48,012 bases of DNA from Methanosarcinales archaeon. Its GTDB lineage: Archaea > Halobacteriota > Syntropharchaeia > Alkanophagales > Methanospirareceae. A program made the position numbers and the translations under genes. The notes under the pieces are model-generated. The model worked only from the letters and a program-made list of their open reading frames with translations. It did not search any database and was not told where the DNA came from. The stretch spans positions 1-48,012 of the forward strand of contig JAODGH010000032.1 of NCBI GenBank assembly GCA_025464325.1, read 5' to 3'. Shown in pieces: positions 9,668-20,151 of the stretch. The stretch's first letter is position 1; each line of letters begins with the position of its first letter.

Positions 9668-10730
9668 TGTTTATGTGGATAAGAACCTGAACGGGGAGGA
9701 CCTGAGTTTTGAGGAAGCGTTAAGACTATTCGAGCTACCGCTTCCCGCTCTCGGCAGGATCGCGGATGAGATAAGACGAAAACGCTGTGGGGACCTCGTT
9801 ACATTCGTCATTGATCGTAATATAAACTACACAAATAGGTGCGTATCTAAGTGCAAATTCTGCGCGTTCTATGCGAGACGGGAACAAGACTGTTACAAGT
9901 TAAGTAAACACACCATACTCAGCAAGATAAAAGAGGCGGTTGACGATGGTGCAACACAGATACTCATTCAGGGAGGTCTTGACCCTTCTATCGGGCTTGA
10001 ATGGTTCGAGGATCTATTTGCTACAATAAAGTTACGGTTCCCGCAGGTTCATATTCATAGCCTCTCTCCTCCTGAGGTATTCTTCATTGCAACGAATGAA
10101 GGCATGAGCATAGAGGATACTCTTGCGCGATTGAGAGCAGCAGGGCTGGATTCTCTGCCCGGGGGTGGTGCCGAGATACTCTGTGATCGGGTACGAAAGC
10201 AGATAAGTCCCGGCAAAGTCGGTGTAGAGGGGTGGTTAAAAGTGATGGAGATAGCGCAGAGAATGGGAATGAAGACAACGGCGACAATGATGTTCGGGCA
10301 TATAGAGCGTGATGAGGATATAATTGAGCATCTGTTCCGTGTGCTGGAACTGCAGAACAGGCTACACGGGTTCACAGCGTTCATACCATGGACGTTTCAG
10401 CCATGGCATACCCGGCTATACCCTGAGATAAGAGCCCCCGCACCTGTAACGAGATATCTGCAGGTACTTGCCATATCACGGATAGTACTGCATTCGATAA
10501 GGAACATACAGTCGTCATGGCTGACCCAGGGCATCGAGACAGCGAAGCTGGCACTCTTCTTCGGTGCGAACGATTTCGGTGGTACGATACTTGAGGAGAA
10601 CGTGGTGACTGCTGCGGGACGGGCACATAAGCCGAAGAGGGTGGAAGAGATAGTGAAGGCGATAAAATCTGTTGGTAGACCCGCAGCACAGCGAAATACG
10701 TACTATGAGATACTGAAATACTACGGGTGA
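9648..10730 (+). CDS. mqnC: Cyclic dehypoxanthinyl futalosine synthase (radical SAM)
   Basis: DRNINYTN-CxxxCxxC, SLPGGGAEIL, NIQSSWLTQG, GANDFGGT..EENVV. Confidence 0.9.
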   Translation: MNMDYYDVYVDKNLNGEDLSFEEALRLFELPLPALGRIADEIRRKRCGDLVTFVIDRNINYTNRCVSKCKFCAFYARREQDCYKLSKHTILSKIKEAVDDGATQILIQGGLDPSIGLEWFEDLFATIKLRFPQVHIHSLSPPEVFFIATNEGMSIEDTLARLRAAGLDSLPGGGAEILCDRVRKQISPGKVGVEGWLKVMEIAQRMGMKTTATMMFGHIERDEDIIEHLFRVLELQNRLHGFTAFIPWTFQPWHTRLYPEIRAPAPVTRYLQVLAISRIVLHSIRNIQSSWLTQGIETAKLALFFGANDFGGTILEENVVTAAGRAHKPKRVEEIVKAIKSVGRPAAQRNTYYEILKYYG

Positions 10731-10736
10731 TATTAA

Positions 10737-11963
10737 CTAAAATGTCCTCAATTCACCACGTATTGCCCTCTCCGTTATCTCCTGCACGTTCGATAGCCAC
10801 TCGTCCATTATTCGCACGGCTTTATGCTCGATAGTCGCGGTCATTTCGGTACTTTCGGGTATTATTCGCGCTGTTGCGACTCTTGGATCGTCTATTCTCC
10901 TGCCTATCTCGGATAGAAGCATAACATAAACCTCCCGGACACCGTCCACAGTAGCCACTATCTCATTGGCAATCTCAATAGCGAGCAGGTTATATATCTT
11001 GCCGGTATGGTTAACCGGATTTTTTCCCGCAGCGCCTTCCATGCTCATCGGTCTGCCTGGTGTGATGAGCCCATTACAGCGGTTACCACGACCGGCAGCG
11101 CCGTCATCACCCATCTCCGCCGAGGTACCGGTTACGGTGATATACACGGTCTCAGCAGTATCGGCTCGATTCACGTGTGTAGTTACCGATCTACCAGTAC
11201 ATTCTTCGGCAACGTCAGTGACAAACTGCTTCAAATTCGACTTTATCGTGGTATAGTGGTCATGATCATCCACGTATCTGGATACAAACGCGTCACCTAC
11301 GGTCAGTGTTATATTGTCACCTTCCCGTAGCGCCATCACTTTCATATCCTCGCCTATCGCGTTCTCTCTGTGCCGATAGTCCGACATCACCCTGCCTTCC
11401 ACATTTGATGCTATGGTCTCCACCTCAGATAGTGGCGCGTGGGCAACCCCGAAAGAGGTATCATTTGCTACCGGTATCTCTCGATCCTTCTCTTTAAATA
11501 CCTGCAGCAGATCCGCAGAGCCTTTACCCAATCGACTCTCTATCACGACATCACGATCCACATCGAGGTTACGTACGATACTCTTAAGATATTCGCGTGC
11601 CGCTTGCAGTGCAACAATATCCACAGCTACTTCCTCACCCTCAAATTCGCGTGTCGCTCGACCACCCAGGAGTATATATATCGGCGAAGTGATCTCGCCA
11701 CCGCCGTATTTTGGATCAGACCTGCCTGCGACGAGCTGAACTTTATCTGTATTGTGATGCAGGACCATGCCGAATTTGTCCAGGTATTCTTTACATAACG
11801 CGACACTGACCGCATCAGCAATGCCATCACACAAACTGTCCGGATGTCCCAGTCCCTTACGCTCTACCATCTCCACTTCCTGCTGCTCCACTGGCAGCCG
11901 GTGCATGAACTCAGCTCTTATATTCCGCTTCAACTCCATTTTGCTCATATCTCCTATCGCCAT
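10737..11963 (-). CDS. mat: S-adenosylmethionine synthetase (archaeal type)
   Basis: [38 protein letters not shown]. Confidence 0.97.
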   Translation of the reverse strand: MAIGDMSKMELKRNIRAEFMHRLPVEQQEVEMVERKGLGHPDSLCDGIADAVSVALCKEYLDKFGMVLHHNTDKVQLVAGRSDPKYGGGEITSPIYILLGGRATREFEGEEVAVDIVALQAAREYLKSIVRNLDVDRDVVIESRLGKGSADLLQVFKEKDREIPVANDTSFGVAHAPLSEVETIASNVEGRVMSDYRHRENAIGEDMKVMALREGDNITLTVGDAFVSRYVDDHDHYTTIKSNLKQFVTDVAEECTGRSVTTHVNRADTAETVYITVTGTSAEMGDDGAAGRGNRCNGLITPGRPMSMEGAAGKNPVNHTGKIYNLLAIEIANEIVATVDGVREVYVMLLSEIGRRIDDPRVATARIIPESTEMTATIEHKAVRIMDEWLSNVQEITERAIRGELRTF

Positions 11964-12100
11964 TACTCATTAATTAAGATTTCGGTATAATTGCTGTATC
12001 GTTTGATTCTTATATGACATGACGAAGAAGTGGACGTAAGCTCGAGCTGTGGACGACTAAAAATAAGGAATAAACCTGACTTGTAATCCTTCCGTAGCAG

Positions 12101-13120
12101 TCATACGTGGAATTTCTGAGCCAGTTCGAATGGATCGGATGCGATGACTGATGCGGCATAGAGCTCCATCGTACCTATATCCGAGGTTCTGTCATCAAGA
12201 TCTCCCCGGTCTACCAGCCTTACCACATGGTACGATCCTGTCTGGAATATTGCAAGATTATAGGACATCACGCCCATATCACGATAGAATCGCAGCAATT
12301 TATAAATAGTACGCGCTATCGCATCACTTCTGCGTGCGGTACTGACAACAACGATCTCCTTCTCCTTCACGGGCGTGAGATAAAATAGTATCCTGTCATT
12401 ATTGCTCGTCCCTGTGAGATCCAGACTTTCGTGTACCTTGCACAGATCTGAAATATAATCAGAGCGATATTGACAATTATATGCAGACACAACGCGATCT
12501 AAAGCTTCTAATTTACCGTATCTCGTCTTCGATGCCGTTAATTGCATATGTCCATGTATGATAGAAGCACCACTGCGCCACAGACAATTCCATAGAAAGA
12601 ACTTGTGCAGTTCATCACCGCTCTCCTTACATACAGATTCGAACCAGCGTTCACAGGTTCGCAGGTAATCAGCTATCCTGTCTTCTGTTATAACCAGCGG
12701 ATTGTGCTCATTGAAGATCACCAGACCGTGATAGGAATCGTACTTAGTGAGGTTACTCGCTGTGACGCAGTATCTCCCCCTGATTCGCCCGAAACTATCC
12801 ATTGGCGTTTGTTCGTCCGGCTTACAGAATCGGCAGTGGGTTTTATCATGAGGTACCGTCTTCTGCAGGCTATCCTTTGGTCTCTCAGCGCGTAACTCGT
12901 TGAAGAGACTGTGTTCCCCCGTGAACCTGTTCTTAATAGATACTATCTGCTGACGTTTAACACGTTCAAGCGATTTGAACCGCGTTTTAACCCAGTCTTC
13001 CATCCCGGAAGGTAGTTTCAACTCACCGGTGAAAGTTTTTATCTCATAGAGACGCATAAGTAACTCATATTCTGTCTTTGATAGCGTAGCAGCTAAATCT
13101 TCGATCCCGGTTATCCGCAT
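12101..13120 (-). CDS. GalT/HIT-superfamily nucleotidyltransferase
   Basis: CRFC zinc site and SGASIIHGHMQ (HxHxQ) motif. Confidence 0.8.
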   Translation of the reverse strand: MRITGIEDLAATLSKTEYELLMRLYEIKTFTGELKLPSGMEDWVKTRFKSLERVKRQQIVSIKNRFTGEHSLFNELRAERPKDSLQKTVPHDKTHCRFCKPDEQTPMDSFGRIRGRYCVTASNLTKYDSYHGLVIFNEHNPLVITEDRIADYLRTCERWFESVCKESGDELHKFFLWNCLWRSGASIIHGHMQLTASKTRYGKLEALDRVVSAYNCQYRSDYISDLCKVHESLDLTGTSNNDRILFYLTPVKEKEIVVVSTARRSDAIARTIYKLLRFYRDMGVMSYNLAIFQTGSYHVVRLVDRGDLDDRTSDIGTMELYAASVIASDPFELAQKFHV

Positions 13121-13171
13121 CAGGCATCCTCCAGTGTTAATTATAAAAAGGATCCATTTATTATTTATAAT

Positions 13172-13891
13172 ATGAAAGTGGGTGTTTGCGGTTTTCCGAA
13201 GTCAAAGAGTGCTATATTTACGAATCTGGATCTGGTAGAGGTCCAGGCTACATTTTACAAGCCTGTACGCCGCTCAACTGCGGAACGATGGCGTAGGGAT
13301 GCACCCGCTGATTTCGAATTCACATTGAAAGCATGGCAGTTGATCACACACGAACCAAAGAGCCCAACATATCGTAAAGCGAAGCTGGAACTGAGTGGCG
13401 ACAGGTACGGGCTATTCCGACCGACAGAGGAGGTATTTGAGGCATGGACGGTGACTGATGGGATACGAAAAGCATTGAATGCTCGCATAGTGGTCTTCCA
13501 GACCCCTGCAAGCTTCAAAGAGACCGGGTCGAACATAAGCAATATGTACGATTTCTTCCACTCGATAGATCGCAACGAGATAATAATGGTATGGGAACCG
13601 AGGGGTGACTGGACTCGAAACACGATAATGAGGATATGTGAAGAACTCGAGCTTATACATTGTGTTGATCCTTTTGCCGCACAGCCAGAGAGTGGTACCG
13701 GGTTTGGATACTTCAGGTTACATGGCTCACCGCCTGGAAAAAGGATGTACCGTTACACTTACACGGACACCGACCTGCAGTTCCTGTATGAGCACTGCAG
13801 GGGCTACTCGCAGGTATACGTGTTATTCAATAACATCACAATGTTCGATGATGCTTTGCGATTCAAAAGATTGAGTGATGCTGGTTCCTGA
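13172..13891 (+). CDS. DUF72 family protein
   Basis: VGVCGF, EVQATFY, KAWQLITH, YFRLHG, LFNN. Confidence 0.92.
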   Translation: MKVGVCGFPKSKSAIFTNLDLVEVQATFYKPVRRSTAERWRRDAPADFEFTLKAWQLITHEPKSPTYRKAKLELSGDRYGLFRPTEEVFEAWTVTDGIRKALNARIVVFQTPASFKETGSNISNMYDFFHSIDRNEIIMVWEPRGDWTRNTIMRICEELELIHCVDPFAAQPESGTGFGYFRLHGSPPGKRMYRYTYTDTDLQFLYEHCRGYSQVYVLFNNITMFDDALRFKRLSDAGS

Positions 13892-13922
13892 TTCTGTTAT
13901 ACGTAGCCCTCCAACAACGTGC

Positions 13923-14246
13923 CTATTTCAGCGCGACACCCACCGCACGTCTTATCAATAGCTCGATCTCAGCAGCTCCTTCTCCCGTTGGTCCCTTCTT
14001 GTCCGGTATTTCTATGATGATCGGTGTGACCTCGCGTTTAGTCCCATTGATCTCCCTTATTCTGGCTCGAACATGCGATTCTGCAGCAAGACGTTCTGTT
14101 ATGAGTATGATAGTGGCACCATCGCGTACCAGTTTGTCAAGTAACCGAACTACCTCCACGCCGTCATGCTCCACTTCGTACGTATCGCGCACACCTGCGA
14201 GTCGAAACCCAATGGCTGTTTCCCGATCACCAATTACTGCAATCAT
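13923..14246 (-). CDS. atpF: A/V-type ATP synthase subunit F
   Basis: IAVIGDRETAIGFRLAGV, EIPDK, RRAVG. Confidence 0.95.
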   Translation of the reverse strand: MIAVIGDRETAIGFRLAGVRDTYEVEHDGVEVVRLLDKLVRDGATIILITERLAAESHVRARIREINGTKREVTPIIIEIPDKKGPTGEGAAEIELLIRRAVGVALK

Positions 14247-14250
14247 TCAT

Positions 14251-14889
14251 TCACGCCTCACCGTGGAATAAAGTACGTGCTACATGCTCTCTTAATTCCG
14301 ATGAGAGTCGCTTCATTCGATCCTCAAACGTGTTGTTCACCTCTATCTTACCGTCTGCTCTCCGTACTATCGCGCCACCAACGGTTTTTATACGCTCTTC
14401 TGAGATAGATATCTTGATACCACCGCCAATCTCATGGGCTATCGCATCCAGTACCTCACCGGTAACGAAACCGGCATCGTCGGCACTGAGCAGTACTTCC
14501 AGCTCTCCGTTGCCCGTGCCACCTGTGACACTCATAGCAGCTTCTTTGATCAAGCCCGCCAGGATATCAGAATATGTGCTGCCCCTGAATCCCGATTCTT
14601 TTATCTGTGGCAGTCGTTTCAAAGATTCGTCAAATACACGCTTTATCATCTCTTCCTCCATGTCCCAGCGTAACTTCTTCGCAGCCAGTCGTTTCGCCCG
14701 GATGATCCGCTCCTTATTTTCTGCCGCTTTATCACGTTCGGCATCAATATATCTTTCCTTCCTTGTCTCTATCTCCGCTTTCGCTCTCTCTAACCGCTCC
14801 TCCACCTGTTCGCGCGCTTCCTTCAATATCCGCGCCTGCTCCTCTTGCGCATCCTCCATTATCCGCTTTACTATCTCTGAAGCACCCAC
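14251..14889 (-). CDS. atpE: A/V-type ATP synthase subunit E
   Basis: N-terminal coiled coil; GGAIV..DGKIEVNNTFEDR. Confidence 0.93.
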   Translation of the reverse strand: MGASEIVKRIMEDAQEEQARILKEAREQVEERLERAKAEIETRKERYIDAERDKAAENKERIIRAKRLAAKKLRWDMEEEMIKRVFDESLKRLPQIKESGFRGSTYSDILAGLIKEAAMSVTGGTGNGELEVLLSADDAGFVTGEVLDAIAHEIGGGIKISISEERIKTVGGAIVRRADGKIEVNNTFEDRMKRLSSELREHVARTLFHGEA

Positions 14890-14899
14890 ATAGCATCAC

Positions 14900-15217
14900 C
14901 TACATCAATCCAAGAACCCGTGACAGCACGGTATCTACGGCACTCTCCAGCCGTTTCTCGGCGGCTGTACGCAGTTTCTCCAGCTCGTCCTTCGCCTCCT
15001 TGAGTATCGCCTCACCCTCCTCTTCACCCTCCTTTGCATAACTGTCCGCAATCTCCTTCGCTTTGCGCTCCATCTCTATCTTAGCCTCCTCTTCAAGCTT
15101 CTTTATCGCGTCATCCGCCTCTCGCATCATGGTTGCAGCCTGCGCTTTTGCTTCTTCGATCTTCTTACGGGCTTCCACTTCTGCCTCTCTTATCTCTTTC
15201 AGTGCTTCTACCGCCAT
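14900..15217 (-). CDS. atpH: A/V-type ATP synthase subunit H (G)
   Basis: EALKEIREAE..EAK right-handed coiled-coil pattern; upstream of subunit E. Confidence 0.85.
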   Translation of the reverse strand: MAVEALKEIREAEVEARKKIEEAKAQAATMMREADDAIKKLEEEAKIEMERKAKEIADSYAKEGEEEGEAILKEAKDELEKLRTAAEKRLESAVDTVLSRVLGLM

Positions 15218-15330
15218 GACTCTTAGATTTAAGTTTTTTCATTGGTTATAAAACTTTCTCATTTCTTCTCCCGTTCCTGATTATGATTTATAATTGATAA
15301 GTTACAAGGTTTAAGGAGGAGGACAGGATA

Positions 15331-16278
15331 GTGGAGCTGGAGGATCTACCTGGCGTTGGACCTGCAATAGCGGAAAAGTTACGTGAAGCGGGTTTGACTA
15401 CTCTGGAGGCGATAGCGGTGGCGTCGCCTGCGGAACTGGTCGCTACTGCCGATATAGGGGAGTCAACGGCAGCAAAGATAATAAATGCGGCACGTGAGGC
15501 TGCCGACATAGGCGGGTTCGAGACCGGTGAGAGGATATTAGAGCGACGGGAGAATATAGGTAAGCTGACCACGTGTTCCAAATCACTGGATGGACTGCTT
15601 GGCGGTGGGCTTGAGACGTGTGCTATGACGGAGTTCTACGGTGAGTTCGGTAGCGGTAAGACGCAGATAGCGCATCAGCTCGTTGTGAATGTCCAGTTAC
15701 CGCCGGAAGAAGGCGGTCTGAACGGTTCTGCCATTATGATCGATACCGAGAACACGTTCAGACCAGAGCGTATAAAGGATATGGCGGAAGGACTCGGGCT
15801 TGATTACCGAGAGGTATTGAAGAATGTACACGTCGCCCGCGCTTACAACTCGAATCATCAGATATTACTCGTGGAGAAGGCGAAAGAACTCGCGGATGAG
15901 CTCCGTGATACCGAAAAGCCGGTTCGATTATTGATAATAGACTCTGCTACAGCTCATTTCAGAAGTGAATATGTAGGCAGAGGTACGCTTTCAGACCGAC
16001 AGCAGAAGATAAATAAGCATCTCCATGACGCCCTCCGGTTTGCTGACCTGAACAATGCGGTAGTGATGATAACGAACCAGGTGCAGGTGAGACCTGATGC
16101 GTTCTTTGGTGACCCCACGAGACCCATTGGCGGGCATATCGTCGGGCATACCGCAACATTCAGGATTTATCTCCGTAAATCTAAAGGTGAGAAGCGTATA
16201 GCAAGGCTGGTCGATTCACCCAACCTGCCAGAAGCGGAAGCGGTATTTACGGTCACAAAAGTCGGAATACGGGATTGA
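15331..16278 (+). CDS. radA: DNA repair and recombination protein RadA
   Basis: LEDLPGVG Hh[28 protein letters not shown]. Confidence 0.98.
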   Translation: MELEDLPGVGPAIAEKLREAGLTTLEAIAVASPAELVATADIGESTAAKIINAAREAADIGGFETGERILERRENIGKLTTCSKSLDGLLGGGLETCAMTEFYGEFGSGKTQIAHQLVVNVQLPPEEGGLNGSAIMIDTENTFRPERIKDMAEGLGLDYREVLKNVHVARAYNSNHQILLVEKAKELADELRDTEKPVRLLIIDSATAHFRSEYVGRGTLSDRQQKINKHLHDALRFADLNNAVVMITNQVQVRPDAFFGDPTRPIGGHIVGHTATFRIYLRKSKGEKRIARLVDSPNLPEAEAVFTVTKVGIRD

Positions 16279-16291
16279 GGATTGAGATCAC

Positions 16292-16864
16292 CTAATCCCC
16301 CTCTTCTAACTCAAGCTCCTCTTTGCAGCTCTCGCATACCATCAACCCGTCTTTCATTACGAGGTCATTAGAGAAGCATCCACATTTCTCACATATACCC
16401 TGCGTGATACCCTCACTTTCACGGCTTATTATATCCCGCTCCACGTGCATCTCGATCAGATCAGCAAGTATAGAGTTCATCTGCGACGAAACCGCGAGTA
16501 TATCAACATCAGCCACAATGCCCACCAGTTTGCCATCCTCTATTATGGGCAACTTCCGTATCCGCTCCGCTGCCATCTTCTTTGCTATATCAGAAACCCG
16601 ATCATTTGGCGAGCCTGTTATTACCGGTGTGGTCATCACTTCTTCCAGTTTCACCGTGCTCGGCGTGGTATCCCGGCTCACCAGTTCGTTGATTATATCG
16701 CTCTGCGTTACTATTCCAACCGGCTGACCACTTTCATTTACCACAACTATACTGTCCACATCGTACTTCCTCATAAGCTTCGCTGCATCCCTTACGTTCA
16801 TATCCCCCCTACCGGTCACCACTTCGCGCACCATTATATCCCGCAGCGGTATATCTGTCTCCAT
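16292..16864 (-). CDS. CBS-pair protein with C-terminal zinc ribbon
   Basis: Two CBS repeats plus CEKCG...CESC. Confidence 0.9.
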   Translation of the reverse strand: METDIPLRDIMVREVVTGRGDMNVRDAAKLMRKYDVDSIVVVNESGQPVGIVTQSDIINELVSRDTTPSTVKLEEVMTTPVITGSPNDRVSDIAKKMAAERIRKLPIIEDGKLVGIVADVDILAVSSQMNSILADLIEMHVERDIISRESEGITQGICEKCGCFSNDLVMKDGLMVCESCKEELELEEGD

Positions 16865-16915
16865 TCTCTCTCACTTAATATATTACGATAAAAATAAGTA
16901 AAACATAACCGGATA

Positions 16916-18106
16916 ATGCAAGCAGGAATGAAATACGTTATTTTGATTGGAGATGGTATGGCAGATTACCCGATAGCCGAATATGGTGGCAAAACAGCTT
17001 TACAGATTGCTTCTACACCCAATCTCGATTTCATTGCGAGTGAAGGCATCTGCGGGCGTGTGAGGACGATCCCGCCCAATATGGATGCAGGTAGCGATAT
17101 CGCCACATTATCCATTCTTGGCTATGAGCCCCCGCGCTACTATACCGGAAGGGGACCTCTGGAAGCGATCGGGATGGGCATACCACTCGATGATGCGGAG
17201 ATGGCATTCAGATGCAACCTCATAACGGTGTCAGGTGGTAAAATCGTGGATTACAGTGGTGGGCATATATCTGATACTGAAGCGAAAGAGCTTATAGAAT
17301 CACTCAATGCGGCATTTAAGTCGTGGGGTGTGAAGTTCTATCCCGGTGTCAGCTATCGAAACATAATGGTTCTTAAGACAGAAGAGGAGGTGGAGGGCGG
17401 TGCACCACCACATGACATCATTGGTGAGGATATCGAAGCGAACCTGCCGGAGAACAGATTATTGCGCGATATAGTGCTCAGATCGCGACAGATACTCGAG
17501 CATCACACAGTAAATGAGCAAAGAGCAGCCCGGGATAAGCACCGGGCGAATATGGTGTGGCTCTGGAGTGGTGGTCGGAAACCGGTAATGCCCGTGTTCA
17601 AGGATATGTACGGTGTGACAGGGGCAATGATATCGGGCGTATATCTGGTCAAAGGTGTGGCAAGAAGTGTGGGTCTGGACGTGATAGACGTGCCCGGCGC
17701 CACCGGCTACATAGACACGAACTACGCGGGCAAGGCAGAATATGCATTACAGGGTCTGAAGCAGAGAGATTTTATGCTTGTGCATGTGGAAGCACCGGAT
17801 GAAGCCGCACACAGTGGCGATATCGAGCAGAAGGTAAAAGCGATAGAAAATTTCGATCGGTTCGTGGTGGGCAAGATACTCAGTGGTCTGGAGTCGGAAT
17901 ACTCAGATTTCCGGGTATTGGCATTGCCTGACCATTACACGCCCACAGCCCTGAAGGTACATACTAAAGAACCAGTCCCGTTTGCCATCTACGACTCACG
18001 ATCACGTAGCCACAGTGATGCCACCTTTGACGAGGTATCGGCGAGTAAGAGCCCGTTGCGACTCGATGCGTACCGTCAGGATCTGATGCGGCGTCTATTC
18101 CAGTGA
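16916..18106 (+). CDS. apgM: Cofactor-independent phosphoglycerate mutase
   Basis: IGDGMAD, GSD, GRGPLEA, EAPDEAAH, PDHYTP. Confidence 0.93.
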   Translation: MQAGMKYVILIGDGMADYPIAEYGGKTALQIASTPNLDFIASEGICGRVRTIPPNMDAGSDIATLSILGYEPPRYYTGRGPLEAIGMGIPLDDAEMAFRCNLITVSGGKIVDYSGGHISDTEAKELIESLNAAFKSWGVKFYPGVSYRNIMVLKTEEEVEGGAPPHDIIGEDIEANLPENRLLRDIVLRSRQILEHHTVNEQRAARDKHRANMVWLWSGGRKPVMPVFKDMYGVTGAMISGVYLVKGVARSVGLDVIDVPGATGYIDTNYAGKAEYALQGLKQRDFMLVHVEAPDEAAHSGDIEQKVKAIENFDRFVVGKILSGLESEYSDFRVLALPDHYTPTALKVHTKEPVPFAIYDSRSRSHSDATFDEVSASKSPLRLDAYRQDLMRRLFQ

Positions 18107-18391
18107 TTTTGCAAATACGCGTAGTTCCCGCCGTAACGTCTTAAGCCCGTACTTAAATTCTTTAAGTTCATGCTTAAAAGTACCCGGCAGCTCGGGAACA
18201 ACAGGCGGCTCTGGCTCCTTCAATTTCAGCGCTTCTGTCTGGCAAACCCGGTCACAGGCACCGCAGAGAGTACAGCAACCGTAATCGATGGATGATTTCC
18301 GGTCCACCACCGTTATCGCTCCTTCGGGACATGCCTCTACGCATTTACTGCACCCGACGCATCTCGTAAGATCTACGATAGGGATCCACAT
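18095..18391 (-). CDS. 2x[4Fe-4S] ferredoxin with C-terminal helical extension
   Basis: CVGCSKCVEACP and CTLCGACDRVC. Confidence 0.88.
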   Translation of the reverse strand: MWIPIVDLTRCVGCSKCVEACPEGAITVVDRKSSIDYGCCTLCGACDRVCQTEALKLKEPEPPVVPELPGTFKHELKEFKYGLKTLRRELRVFAKSLE

Positions 18392-18452
18392 CTCTCAGCC
18401 TACATTTTTTACACTTATCACAGCTTATTAGTCATCCATACATCAACCATAC

Positions 18453-18466
18453 CGAAACTTTAATTA
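18453..18466 (+). promoter_or_regulatory. Probable BRE-TATA promoter of the tRNA
   Basis: CGAAAC-TTTAATTA about 35 bp upstream of the mature tRNA. Confidence 0.55.
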
Positions 18467-18501
18467 AATATGTGTAAAATAATAAAACGATACTCCTGCT
18501 T

Positions 18502-18587
18502 GTCGGGATAGCCAAGTGGTCTAAGGCGGTGGGTTGCTAACCCACTTCCCCTTACGGGGAGCGAGGGTTCGAATCCCTCTCCCGGCG
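18502..18587 (+). tRNA. tRNA-Ser(GCT), intronless, CCA not encoded
   Basis: Acceptor GTCGGGA/TCCCGGC; anticodon arm GTGGG-TT-GCT-AA-CCCAC; long variable arm TCCCC-TTAC-GGGGA; T arm GAGGG-TTCGAAT-CCCTC; discriminator G. Confidence 0.97.
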
Positions 18588-18589
18588 CT

Positions 18590-19297
18590 ATGCTGGTGCT
18601 GAACCCCATTACTGCTGTTTATGAGCTGATACTGAAACGAGCAATCCTGAAATCACCTATTACGCTCAATCATATCCTTCTTGTACTGAATGAGAGTGAT
18701 CTCCTCCCGGACGACAGCATAGTGGGAGATAGCACCAGCACAGCCACGAAAGGGCTGGTTCGATTGAAACATTTCATCAGGTGGTGTGATGAACTAAGTA
18801 TAAACGTTATAAGCATTTACATAGCAGTAATACAGGGTGATGTGGGTAATAAACTGCTGGATGCGGCACATGAACATCTCAGGAAGGCGATAATCAGCAT
18901 ATTAAGCAGGGAGAACGCTTATGTTGCTATATACACAGGCTCCTCTGCATCGACCATCTGTGGAGAGGGTGGTGTGAGGAGGATAAATGTATCGATAGGT
19001 ATGGGTGGACGCAGTGAACTGACGAAAGCAATAAGAGCGATAGCGAAACGGGTGGAACGTGGAGAGGTAGAACCCGAGGACATCGATGAGAAGATGATAG
19101 AATCTCACCTCATATTCAAATCGGAGCCGGATCTGGTCATAAAGTCTGGTACGACGAGTTTAACCGATTTCCTGATTTGGCAGTCGGTATACAGTGAGTT
19201 CTATTTCACGGATGTGAACTGGCAGAATTTTCGTAAGATAGATCTGCTCCGGGCGGTTCGCGATTTCAAGTGGCGAGAACGCCGTTTTGGTAGATGA
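18590..19297 (+). CDS. cis-prenyltransferase-like protein (UppS fold, Nus1-like non-catalytic subunit)
   Basis: EPDLVIKSG..LTDFLIWQSVYSEFYF..W..F, C-terminal RRFGR; lacks the catalytic DGNxR motif. Confidence 0.85.
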   Translation: MLVLNPITAVYELILKRAILKSPITLNHILLVLNESDLLPDDSIVGDSTSTATKGLVRLKHFIRWCDELSINVISIYIAVIQGDVGNKLLDAAHEHLRKAIISILSRENAYVAIYTGSSASTICGEGGVRRINVSIGMGGRSELTKAIRAIAKRVERGEVEPEDIDEKMIESHLIFKSEPDLVIKSGTTSLTDFLIWQSVYSEFYFTDVNWQNFRKIDLLRAVRDFKWRERRFGR

Positions 19298-19369
19298 ACG
19301 TGCCTTTATGAGGTTTTAAATTGTGGACATGTACAACACGTTAACGATATTGAGAAGAATAAGGACACT

Positions 19370-20044
19370 ATGGGCTACGTAGAGTCGGATATATGGGGAT
19401 CAAGGCACATTGGAGAGTTGTATAGCATTTATGGTGCTATTCGACCCGTAATATTAGCCAGATTGGCGGAGTTCAAGAGACTGGGCGAACGTGGCAGTGA
19501 GTATGACATATTCAAAGAGCTCGTATTCTGCCTGCTCACACCGCAATCGCGAGCCGAAAACTGCTGGTCCGCGGTAGAGTTTCTCGCGGGCAATAACTTG
19601 CTATTAGCTGGTGATGCTGCTACAATTGCGACTGCCCTGAGGGGTGTACGGTTCAGATACAATAAGGCGCGGTACATAGTAGAAGCGAGGGAGAGGTTCA
19701 TGATTGATGGCGAGCTAAAGCTCAGGAGGTTTTTGACGGACGTTGCGGATCCACAAGGTGTACGGGACTGGCTGGTCAGGACTGTGAAAGGGCTGGGCTA
19801 TAAAGAGGCGAGCCATCTGCTCAGAAATATCGGGTTGGGCACGAATATGGCGATTCTGGATCGGCATATACTGAAGAATTTGAGGATACTGGGTGTAATA
19901 GACGAGATACCGGCGAGTATGACCCGTAAGAGGTATCTGGCATTTGAGAGGAGGATGATGCGTTTTGCATGCAATGTATCGATACCGTTATCGCATCTGG
20001 ATTTCGTGTTGTGGTATAAAGAGACCGGCAGGGTGTTTAAATAA
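19370..20044 (+). CDS. ogg: 8-oxoguanine DNA glycosylase/AP lyase (Ogg2 type)
   Basis: ELVFCLLTPQS, KGLGYKEASHLLRN, AILDRHI, LWYKETG.VFK. Confidence 0.93.
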   Translation: MGYVESDIWGSRHIGELYSIYGAIRPVILARLAEFKRLGERGSEYDIFKELVFCLLTPQSRAENCWSAVEFLAGNNLLLAGDAATIATALRGVRFRYNKARYIVEARERFMIDGELKLRRFLTDVADPQGVRDWLVRTVKGLGYKEASHLLRNIGLGTNMAILDRHILKNLRILGVIDEIPASMTRKRYLAFERRMMRFACNVSIPLSHLDFVLWYKETGRVFK

Positions 20045-20151
20045 TTGATAACCGTATAGCTATCCAATATCATCAGGATATTAGAATGGGACGTGTGTTT
20101 ATTTAACCCTGACTCTGTCCTTCTTCCTGTGCTGGTTCCTCTTAGGCATGA

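Noticed and set aside
9648..10730. CofH (F420 biosynthesis) assignment
   Set aside because: SSWLTQG and EENVV motifs plus overlap with mqnA favour MqnC
12019..12079. C/D box sRNA (ATGACGA...CTGA)
   Set aside because: Internal D'/C' boxes are poor, spacing is too long, and no target could be identified
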